Positions 1 to 6,753 of a stretch of DNA of 10,096 bases are shown piece after piece (position 1 is the first letter of the stretch; each line of letters begins with the position of its first letter). The DNA is from Candidatus Nanopusillus sp. Its GTDB lineage: Archaea > Nanobdellota > Nanobdellia > Nanobdellales > Nanobdellaceae. The stretch is taken from assembly GCA_028275775.1 (NCBI GenBank), contig JAPWTZ010000014.1, positions 1-10,096 on the forward strand. Direction: 5' to 3'. Both the position numbers and the translations under genes were made by a program. The notes beneath the pieces are model-generated. The model made no database searches, had not been told where the DNA came from, and saw only the letters and a program-made list of their open reading frames with translations.

Positions 1-621
1 GCAATTGAAGATGTTTATATTATAGAAAATAATTCTGCAATGTGGGATGAAATGATAGCACATAGATTGGGTTTAGTTGTATTAAATACTCCTGAAGATA
101 TTAAAGAAAATGAAGAAGTAAAATTTTATTTAGAGAAAAATGAAAAAGGATATATATATGGTTCTGATTTAAAGACAGATAGAAAGAACGTATATGTAAT
201 TTATCCAGAAACAATGATTGCATATATTGATGAAAATCAAAAAATAAAATTAGAAGCTGTTGCAATACTTGGTAATGGAAAACAACATGCAAAATTTATA
301 CCTGGACATGTTTATTATTATAGAACTGGGGAATTGAAATTAGAAGGAAAACTAGATGAAAAAGAATTGGAAAATTTAAAATTGTTGGGAGTAGAAATAA
401 AGAAAAATAAAATACAAATACCAAAAGAAAAAGAATATGATAGAACTTTTTTAGATGCAGTAGAAAGAGCATCAAATGAAAAAATAAAGGTTATACCAAA
501 AGATGAATTTGTCTTTATTATAGAATCTTTTGGTCAATATTCGGCAGAAAAATTAATACCATTGGCTATTAAAGAATTAAAAAATAAATTAAACAATTTA
601 TTAGAATTTTTATCTAAATAA
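1..621 (+). CDS. rpoD: DNA-directed RNA polymerase subunit D (Rpo3/RpoD), C-terminal ~206 aa; the 5' end is cut by the window edge
   Basis: Frame 1 is open from nt 1 (AIEDVYIIENNSA precedes the tracked Met at 40), so the ORF enters from upstream. DEMIAHRLGLVVL matches the conserved RpoD/Rpb3 motif DE-x-(I/L)AHRLGLIP. GNGKQHAKFIP matches the G-x-GK-x-HAK(W/F)-P motif. Stop is TAA at 619-621. Confidence 0.85.
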   Translation, partial: AIEDVYIIENNSAMWDEMIAHRLGLVVLNTPEDIKENEEVKFYLEKNEKGYIYGSDLKTDRKNVYVIYPETMIAYIDENQKIKLEAVAILGNGKQHAKFIPGHVYYYRTGELKLEGKLDEKELENLKLLGVEIKKNKIQIPKEKEYDRTFLDAVERASNEKIKVIPKDEFVFIIESFGQYSAEKLIPLAIKELKNKLNNLLEFLSK

Positions 622-622
622 A

Positions 623-630
623 TTTATAAA
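623..630 (+). promoter_or_regulatory. TATA box (TTTATAAA) for the 652..987 ORF
   Basis: TTTATAAA is centred about 25 nt upstream of the ATG at 652. There is no purine-rich SD in between. The same spacing recurs at other genes in this window. Confidence 0.4.
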
Positions 631-651
631 TAAATATTATATAATTTATTA

Positions 652-987
652 ATGGATTGGAAGAAAGTTGTTTTAGTCTCTGTATTTTCAGTATTAGTAT
701 CTTTTTTACCAGGAGTAGGAATAGCAACAGCAATATCATTAATAATATATATGTTAGTAAAAGGTATGGATAAATGCATTATAGCAAATCTAGGATTGGC
801 ATTAGAATTTGCAGGACTTCTAATATATATGATGGGAAACTTATCACAAACATTATATTCAAACTTCCAATCAATAATGCAAGCTGGAGTTTATTTATTA
901 ATGGCAGGTCTTGTATTATTGTTAGTAGGAATGCTAATAGTTATGTTAGTTAAAAATAAGGTAAAAGAAAATATATATGAAGTATAG
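652..987 (+). CDS. Hypothetical small integral membrane protein (111 aa, about 3 predicted TM helices)
   Basis: The ORF is uninterrupted in a stop-rich AT-rich background. It has three long hydrophobic stretches (VVLVSVFSVLVSFLPGVGIATAISLIIYML, LGLALEFAGLLIYMMG, AGVYLLMAGLVLLLVGMLIVMLV). A TATA box lies at about -25. No family was recognised. Confidence 0.55.
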   Translation: MDWKKVVLVSVFSVLVSFLPGVGIATAISLIIYMLVKGMDKCIIANLGLALEFAGLLIYMMGNLSQTLYSNFQSIMQAGVYLLMAGLVLLLVGMLIVMLVKNKVKENIYEV

Positions 988-990
988 TCT

Positions 991-998
991 TTTATATA
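991..998 (+). promoter_or_regulatory. TATA box (TTTATATA) for valS
   Basis: It is centred about 24-25 nt upstream of the valS ATG at 1019, with no SD. This is consistent with a leaderless transcript. Confidence 0.45.
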
Positions 999-1018
999 TT
1001 TTTTATATATATTTTTGA

Positions 1019-3253
1019 ATGGATAAGAGGCCTGATTATAAAATAATCGAAAAAGAAATATTAAACCTTTGGAATAAGAATAAAGAAATTTTTAGATTTG
1101 ATATTAATAAGGATAAAAGATATATAATAGATACTCCACCACCATTTACTTCTGGAGAAGCACATATGGGTCATGCTCTAGAATTTATATGGATAGATTT
1201 TTTAGCAAGATATAAAAGATTAGAAGGATATAATGTATATCTTCCCTTAGGATTTGATTGTCATGGTTTACCAACAGAATTAAAAGTTATAAATAAATTA
1301 AAAATATCAAAAGAAAATAAAGAACAATTTATAAAAGCATGTATTGATTGGACAAATAAAATGATTGAATCTATGTATAAAACATTTGAAAGATTAGGAT
1401 TATCTTTTGATAGAGATAAAGTATATAAAACAATTGATAGAAAATATGAAGCTTTTGTTCAATATACATTGATAAAAATGTTTAATGATAATTTAATTGA
1501 AAGAAAAAGATATCCAATAATGTGGTGTCCAAAATGTCAAACCGCAATTTCAATGCAGGAAGCTGGATATTTAGAAAAGGAAGGATATTTAATATATATA
1601 AAATTACCAACAAATAATGGAAAATATATATTAATAGCAACAACAAGACCAGAATTAATTAATTCATGTTCATTAATATTAATTGCAAAAAATAAATATG
1701 TAGAAACTGAAAATAATTTAATTGTATCAAAATTATATGCAGAAAAAAATAATTTAAAGATTATAAGAGAATATGATTATAAAGAATTAGAAAATTTAGA
1801 AGTTACAATTCCATTAATAAATAGAAAAGTAAAAATTATTTCTGATAATGATGTAGATTATAATTTTGGAACAGGAATTGTATGGATATGTACATATGGA
1901 GATCCATATGATATAAAGTGGAAAGAAAAATATAATTTACCTGAAATAATTTCAGTATCTGAGGATGGAAGAATAATATCAAGTATAAATGAAATAAATG
2001 GATTAAAAGTTGAGGAAGCAAGAGAAAAAATGAAAGAAATATTAAAGGATTATATATATAAAATAGAAAAAATAAAACATAATGTATTATCACATACTGA
2101 AAGATCTGATTGTTTATCACCATTAGAATTTATTCCAAAAGAACAATTCTTTATAAAAATAAAAGATTTAAAAGAAAAAATATTGGAATGGCAAAAAAAT
2201 ATAAAAATAATTCCTGAAAGCGAAGTAAAAAGATTAGTTGATTGGATAAATAATATAGATCAGGATTGGAATATTTCTAGGACAAAAATGCTATGGGGGC
2301 TTGCATTTCCATTTTATGAAAAAGATGGAAAAATATATCCAGTAAATATAGAAGATTTGCCAATTGATCCAAGAATAGATAAAGAAAAAGTAAAAAAATA
2401 CGACGGAAAATTCTTTGAAGATGAAACTGTTGATGTATGGATTGAATCTTCAATAACACCTTTAATAATATTATATTATGCATTAACTGAAAATAAAGAA
2501 TTTAATCCAAAAGAATTACCAGAATTATTTAATAAAATAAAGGAATATTTACCTGTAGATTTAAGACAACAAGGATATGAAATAATAAGAACATGGCTAT
2601 TTGATACAATTGTAAGGGTAAATTTATTAACAAATAAAAGCCCATGGAAAGATGCATTAATTCATGGAATGGTATTAGATGAAAAAGGAAGAAAGATGTC
2701 AAAATCTTTAGGAAATGCAATAGATCCAAATGAAATAATGGACAAATATTCTCCAGATGCTTTAAGATATTGGGCTCTATTAGCTGCACCAGGTAATGAT
2801 TATAGATTTAGTATAAAAGATATTGAATCTGGGCAAGCATTTATAATAAAATTATGGAACATTGGAAGATATATTGAAATGAATATAAAAGAAAAGCCAG
2901 AAAAAGTTCTAGAATTAAAAGATGAAGATAAAGAAATAATAAAAATATTAGAGGAAAATATTAAAAGATCTAAGGAATATATTAATCAGTTTAGATATTC
3001 TGAATATGTAAAATTATGGAGAAAATTTGCATGGGAAGATTTTGCAAATAATTATTTAGAAAAAATAAAGGAAAGAATAAAAAATAATGATAAAACTGCA
3101 AAATATTTATTATATACAATATATAAAATAATATTAATTATGTTACATCCAGTTTTACCATATATAACAGAATATATATATCAACAATTATATAAAGAAA
3201 ATAAATTAATAATTGAAAATAAAATTGATGAAATAATAAAACTTATTTTATAA
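1019..3253 (+). CDS. valS: Valyl-tRNA synthetase, archaeal type (744 aa, short form)
   Basis: Class I HIGH region is DTPPPFTSGEAHMGHALEF. KMSKS loop is GRKMSKSLGNAIDP. Archaeal ValRS signatures are ARYKRLEGYNV..LGFDCHGLPTE, WCPKCQTAIS, CP1 editing motifs ATTRPEL and GTGIVWICTYGDPYD, DWNISR, and IIRTWLF. The protein ends shortly after LHPVLPYITEYIY. Confidence 0.9.
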   Translation: MDKRPDYKIIEKEILNLWNKNKEIFRFDINKDKRYIIDTPPPFTSGEAHMGHALEFIWIDFLARYKRLEGYNVYLPLGFDCHGLPTELKVINKLKISKENKEQFIKACIDWTNKMIESMYKTFERLGLSFDRDKVYKTIDRKYEAFVQYTLIKMFNDNLIERKRYPIMWCPKCQTAISMQEAGYLEKEGYLIYIKLPTNNGKYILIATTRPELINSCSLILIAKNKYVETENNLIVSKLYAEKNNLKIIREYDYKELENLEVTIPLINRKVKIISDNDVDYNFGTGIVWICTYGDPYDIKWKEKYNLPEIISVSEDGRIISSINEINGLKVEEAREKMKEILKDYIYKIEKIKHNVLSHTERSDCLSPLEFIPKEQFFIKIKDLKEKILEWQKNIKIIPESEVKRLVDWINNIDQDWNISRTKMLWGLAFPFYEKDGKIYPVNIEDLPIDPRIDKEKVKKYDGKFFEDETVDVWIESSITPLIILYYALTENKEFNPKELPELFNKIKEYLPVDLRQQGYEIIRTWLFDTIVRVNLLTNKSPWKDALIHGMVLDEKGRKMSKSLGNAIDPNEIMDKYSPDALRYWALLAAPGNDYRFSIKDIESGQAFIIKLWNIGRYIEMNIKEKPEKVLELKDEDKEIIKILEENIKRSKEYINQFRYSEYVKLWRKFAWEDFANNYLEKIKERIKNNDKTAKYLLYTIYKIILIMLHPVLPYITEYIYQQLYKENKLIIENKIDEIIKLIL

Positions 3254-3276
3254 AAGATAAAATTAAAGATAATATT

Positions 3277-3381
3277 ATGAGAGAGAATATTGAATTATGA
3301 TTAAAGCGATCTTTAGAAGATTTAGATACAGCAAGAGTATTAAAATGCTATATTATAATACTTTTTCTAAAAATTTTTTAA
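3277..3381 (+). pseudogene. Possible decayed N-terminal remnant of a HEPN-domain gene (in-frame TGA at 3298-3300)
   Basis: A single frame reads MRENIEL*LKRSLEDLDTARVLKCYIIILFLKIF*. With W at the TGA, the string ELWLKRSLEDLDTARVL..Y resembles the HEPN N-terminal helix consensus (WL-x-x-A-x-x-DL-x-x-A-x-x-L...Y). Only about 20 residues are informative and the rest does not match. Confidence 0.2.
3361..3381 (+). terminator. Oligo-T tracts (CTTTTTCT..ATTTTTTAA), candidate archaeal terminator for valS read-through
   Basis: These are the first T5 and T6 runs on the + strand downstream of the valS stop. Archaeal termination uses oligo-T tracts. The context is AT-rich, so specificity is low. Confidence 0.3.
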
Positions 3382-3394
3382 TTCGGGCATGGTC

Positions 3395-3416
3395 AAAATT
3401 AAAACATATTTAAAAA
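3395..3416 (-). terminator. Oligo-T tracts immediately after the tpiA stop (minus strand TTTTTAAATATGTTTTAATTTT)
   Basis: On the minus strand, T5, T4 and T4 runs start directly after the tpiA TAA (3419..3417). Confidence 0.35.
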
Positions 3417-4082
3417 TTATCTTATAAAGCCTTCAGCCAATTCTTTTATTTTTTCATAAAAATTATTAGCCTTTGTAACTGCAGAAGATAATAATACACC
3501 TTCAGCTCCAAACTCTAATGCTTTCTTTACATCTTCTTTATTACTTATACCAGCCCCAACCAATACTTTAACATTTGGATTAATTTCTTTAATCATTTTA
3601 ACAGAATTTATTACTATTTCTGGTCTTGCAGTTGATACAGAAATTCCAGTCCCTATTAATTCCGGTGGCTCTACAGCAATATAATCTGGATTTAATTTTG
3701 CAACTGCAGCTCCTACAATATTATCATTTGCACATACTATTGTAATTAAACCCAATCTTTTTGCTATATTTATTGCCTTTTCTATATCTATAATCTTCAT
3801 AGGTTTTTCTGAATGATTTATTAAAGTTCCAACAGCACCAGCCTCTTTTACAGCTTCAGGTAAAATATGTCCTGTATAAGCACCTGGTTCAATCGGATCT
3901 ATATGCTGTGCAAATATTTTTACTTTCTTTGCATTTCTTGATAATAAATATATATCAGTAAATTGCGGAGCAATTCCTATATCAATATTATATTCTTCAG
4001 AAACCTTTTCAGCAGCTTCCAATAATTCCAATCCTCTTTTTCCAATTGTTTCTATATAAGATTTTAGATTTATAACCAACAT
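3417..4082 (-). CDS. tpiA: Triosephosphate isomerase, archaeal short form (221 aa)
   Basis: The N-terminus MLVINLKSY carries the catalytic Lys. INHSEK carries the catalytic His. AVEPPELIGTG carries the catalytic Glu and is an archaeal TIM signature. GAGIS is the phosphate-binding loop. The length is typical of archaeal TIMs. Confidence 0.92.
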   Translation of the reverse strand: MLVINLKSYIETIGKRGLELLEAAEKVSEEYNIDIGIAPQFTDIYLLSRNAKKVKIFAQHIDPIEPGAYTGHILPEAVKEAGAVGTLINHSEKPMKIIDIEKAINIAKRLGLITIVCANDNIVGAAVAKLNPDYIAVEPPELIGTGISVSTARPEIVINSVKMIKEINPNVKVLVGAGISNKEDVKKALEFGAEGVLLSSAVTKANNFYEKIKELAEGFIR

Positions 4083-4089
4083 TTAATAA

Positions 4090-4098
4090 TTTATAAAA
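4090..4098 (+). promoter_or_regulatory. TATA box (TTTATAAAA) for the P-type ATPase gene
   Basis: It is centred about 29 nt upstream of the ATG at 4123, with no SD. Confidence 0.4.
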
Positions 4099-4105
4099 TT
4101 CGTAA

Positions 4106-4113
4106 ATTTATAA
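4106..4113 (-). promoter_or_regulatory. TATA box (minus strand TTATAAAT) for tpiA
   Basis: It is centred about 27-28 nt upstream of the tpiA ATG (4082..4080) on the minus strand. It lies closer to the ATPase start than the ATPase's own TATA does. Confidence 0.4.
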
Positions 4114-4122
4114 GAATTTATA

Positions 4123-6681
4123 ATGTGGCATTCTTTATCTATTGAAGAAGTATTTAAAAAATTAAATACATCAAATAAAGGTTTGAATGATTATGAAGCT
4201 GAAAGAAGATTAAAAATATATGGAGAAAATAAAATAAGATTAGAGAAAAGAAATTTTATAGAAATTATAATTGAATATTTAAAAAATCCATTTCTATTAT
4301 TATTTCTTGTTGCAGATATATTATCAATTATTTTTGGTGGTATTACTGAAGGATCTGCAATAATATTATTTCTAATATTATATATAATATCAGATTATTT
4401 ACATGATAAAAAATCTGAAAGGATAATAAAATCTTTAGAAGAAAATATAGAGAGTAATGTTTTAGTTATTAGAGATGGAAAATATAAATATGTAAAATCA
4501 TCAAAAATTGTTCCAGGAGATATTATTATATTAAAGTATGGACAAAGAGCTCCTGCAGATATAAGAATAATAGAGTCAATTGATTTAGAAGTAGATGAAA
4601 GTTCTTTAACTGGCGAATCCGAACCTGTAAGAAAATATAATACAATATTACCAAAGGATATTCCGGTAAAGGAAAGGAAAAACATGATATTCCAGAATAG
4701 TTATATAATAAAAGGAATTGCAATTGGTGTTGTAGTTGAAACTGGAAATAATACATATTATGGAAGTATATATAAAAATATAAGTAAACAAAAAAGGGGT
4801 AAATCTTTATTACAAGAAGAATTAGATAAATTTTCATATTATATGATGATAATCATATCAATAATTGTAATTATATCTTTTATTATATTATTAATCAAGA
4901 ATATATTAAATTTATACCAGCTAATAATATTTGTAATAGCTTTAGCTATTGTTGTAGTACCTGAAGGATTGCCTGCAGCATTAGTATTAATATATACAAT
5001 AAGTAGCCAAAAATTAGAAAAAGATAATATATATGTAAAAGATCCTAATATTTTAGAAGATGTTAGCAATATAGATACTGTCGTTTTAGATAAAACTGGT
5101 ACAATTACATATAATGAATTAATTATAAATAAATTTTTCTATAATGGTAAATTTTATAATGTAAAATATTATAAAGATAAAGTAGAAATAATGTATAATA
5201 AAAAAATAATAAATATAGATGAAGTAAAAGAATTCTTAATATTTTTATATAATTCAATAGAGGATTATTTAACAATAGATATAGAAAAAAATATTGGAGA
5301 TCCTATAAATTTATCAATATATAGATTTACAAAATATTTGAAGATCTCTGAATTTTTAGAAAGATATTCTATAAATTATTTTGATCCTTATAGAAAAAGA
5401 TCCTCTGTAATAGTAAAATATAATGATAAAAAATATGCAATAATAAAAGGATCTCCCTCTTCACTTTTATCTATTTCAAAAAATATAATAATAAACAATA
5501 AAAAGTTTAGAATAGATAAATATAGAGAAAAAATTGAAAAGATTGAAAAAGAATATGGAAAAAGAGGTTATAAAATATTAGCAATTGGTATTAAAGAAAT
5601 AAAAGAAAATGAAGAACCTGAAAAAGATATAACATTCTTAGGATTATTATTTATAAAGGATAAAATAAGGAAAGGAATTTTAAAATATATAAAAGAATTG
5701 GAAGATCTTGGTATAAATATATATATAGTAACTGGAGATAATAAAGATCATACTTTAGGAATATTGAGATTATTAAAATTAAATTATAAAATAATAGATG
5801 CAAATGAAATAAAGAAATTGAATGAAAATTATTTATATAAAATATTAAAGGAATATCATGTTATAGTAAATGCAGATCCTTTAGATAAATATAGAATAAT
5901 AAAAACATTAAAAGATAAAGGTCATAAAGTATTATTTGTTGGAGATGGTACAAATGATGCTATAGCATTGAAAATATCTAATGTGGGTGTTTCATTTTAT
6001 AATGCAACAGACATAGCAAAGGACTCTGCAAATGTTATATTAATGGATAAGGGAATAGATAATATAACAAAACTAATTATGGAAGGAAAAAGAATTATAT
6101 ACAATCTAAAAGTATATATTTTAGTATTATTATCAGAACTATTAGGAATATTTTTATTTATTTCAATTGGATTTTTTATATATAATCAAATATTCTTACA
6201 AGCTTTACAATTATTATTATTAAATTTAGTAATTGAAACAATTAATTCATTATATATGGGTTCTTCAAATGTTAAAGATAAGAAAATATTAAAGAAAATA
6301 AAGATTAAAATATTTGATAGATCTACAAAATTAGAAATAATAAGAAATATGATATTTATTGGACTTACTTCTACAATTGTTGCTTTAGCTACTAATGATA
6401 ATAGTTATATAATAATATTATTCTTAATAGCAACACAAGGAATATTATATATTCATTATGAAAAAGTATTTTCATTAAATATAACAAAAACAAAAGAATA
6501 TTATATATCAATATTTCTATCTACATTTATAGCATCTATATTTTTAATTGGATATTTAAGAAGAATTGTTCAATTTATAATACCATCTTTAATTGATATA
6601 GTAGTATTTGCAATAGTTTCATTATATTTCTTCTTTATATATACAATAATAGAAAGAGTAGAAAATGTCAGAGGTATCTGA
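4123..6681 (+). CDS. P-type cation-transporting ATPase, P2-like (Ca2+/Mg2+/Na+ class; substrate not assignable), 852 aa
   Basis: The N-terminal Cation_ATPase_N-like segment is SIEEVFKKLNTSNKGLNDYEAERRLKIYGENKI. Motifs present are TGES (LTGESEPV), PEGLP (VPEGLPAAL), the DKTGT phosphorylation site (LDKTGTIT), KGSP (KGAxE-like), TGDN (VTGDNKDHT) and GDGTNDA. There are multiple C-terminal TM helices. Stop is TGA at 6679-6681. Confidence 0.92.
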   Translation: MWHSLSIEEVFKKLNTSNKGLNDYEAERRLKIYGENKIRLEKRNFIEIIIEYLKNPFLLLFLVADILSIIFGGITEGSAIILFLILYIISDYLHDKKSERIIKSLEENIESNVLVIRDGKYKYVKSSKIVPGDIIILKYGQRAPADIRIIESIDLEVDESSLTGESEPVRKYNTILPKDIPVKERKNMIFQNSYIIKGIAIGVVVETGNNTYYGSIYKNISKQKRGKSLLQEELDKFSYYMMIIISIIVIISFIILLIKNILNLYQLIIFVIALAIVVVPEGLPAALVLIYTISSQKLEKDNIYVKDPNILEDVSNIDTVVLDKTGTITYNELIINKFFYNGKFYNVKYYKDKVEIMYNKKIINIDEVKEFLIFLYNSIEDYLTIDIEKNIGDPINLSIYRFTKYLKISEFLERYSINYFDPYRKRSSVIVKYNDKKYAIIKGSPSSLLSISKNIIINNKKFRIDKYREKIEKIEKEYGKRGYKILAIGIKEIKENEEPEKDITFLGLLFIKDKIRKGILKYIKELEDLGINIYIVTGDNKDHTLGILRLLKLNYKIIDANEIKKLNENYLYKILKEYHVIVNADPLDKYRIIKTLKDKGHKVLFVGDGTNDAIALKISNVGVSFYNATDIAKDSANVILMDKGIDNITKLIMEGKRIIYNLKVYILVLLSELLGIFLFISIGFFIYNQIFLQALQLLLLNLVIETINSLYMGSSNVKDKKILKKIKIKIFDRSTKLEIIRNMIFIGLTSTIVALATNDNSYIIILFLIATQGILYIHYEKVFSLNITKTKEYYISIFLSTFIASIFLIGYLRRIVQFIIPSLIDIVVFAIVSLYFFFIYTIIERVENVRGI

Positions 6682-6724
6682 ATTTCATCATATATCAGCT
6701 AACTCTGACCTTCATCACTATTTT
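6662..6724 (-). ncRNA. Candidate C/D box sRNA (2'-O-methylation guide)
   Basis: The minus strand reads AAAAUA-GUGAUGA(C, 6718..6712)-AGGUCAGAGUUAG(13 nt)-CUGA(D', 6698..6695)-UAU-AUGAUGA(C', 6691..6685)-AAUUCAGAUACCU(13 nt)-CUGA(D, 6671..6668)-CAUUUU. All four boxes are consensus, the two guides are equal in length, the C'/D' spacer is 3 nt, and the flanks could form a 5-bp A-U stem (6720-6724 with 6662-6666). It overlaps the last codons and the stop of the ATPase gene in antisense. Confidence 0.6.
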
Positions 6725-6730
6725 TAATAA
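6723..6730 (+). promoter_or_regulatory. TATA-like box (TTTAATAA) for the GT2 gene
   Basis: It is centred about 27 nt upstream of the ATG at 6754. The spacer is AT-rich, so the exact box is uncertain. Confidence 0.3.
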
Positions 6731-6740
6731 TATTAATATT

Positions 6741-6748
6741 AAATATAA
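6741..6748 (-). promoter_or_regulatory. TATA-like box (minus strand TTATATTT) upstream of the C/D sRNA candidate
   Basis: It is centred about 26 nt upstream of the C box G at 6718 on the minus strand. It sits back-to-back with the GT2 promoter. Confidence 0.3.
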
Positions 6749-6753
6749 TTTTT

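Noticed and set aside
101-292. 63-aa minus-strand ORF inside rpoD
   Set aside because: It lies fully antisense to a well-supported CDS. Its composition is a low-complexity L/F/H/Q mirror of the K/E/N-rich sense frame, and it has no promoter context.
1836-2789. Three minus-strand ORFs (1836..2123, 2277..2483, 2529..2789) inside valS
   Set aside because: These are antisense shadows of a conserved, motif-rich CDS. Their F/L/I/H-rich translations have no recognisable motifs.
3298-3300. TGA recoded as Trp (alternative genetic code), suggested by the ELWLKR reading
   Set aside because: All long conserved ORFs are intact under the standard code with Trp encoded by TGG. TGA terminates the ATPase at the expected position. 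A mutated pseudogene remnant is the simpler explanation.
3297-3413. 38-aa basic ORF (MIKAIFRRFRYSKSIKMLYYNTFSKNFLIRAWSKLKHI) in the valS/tpiA spacer
   Set aside because: It has no TATA at the expected distance and no resemblance to small ribosomal proteins (L39e, L40e, L41e). Its length is within chance expectation, and it overlaps the alternative HEPN-like frame.
4395-5069. Three minus-strand ORFs (4395..4685, 4526..4837, 4839..5069) inside the P-type ATPase gene
   Set aside because: They are antisense to the region encoding TGES, PEGLP and DKTGT. They overlap one another in different frames and have no independent support.
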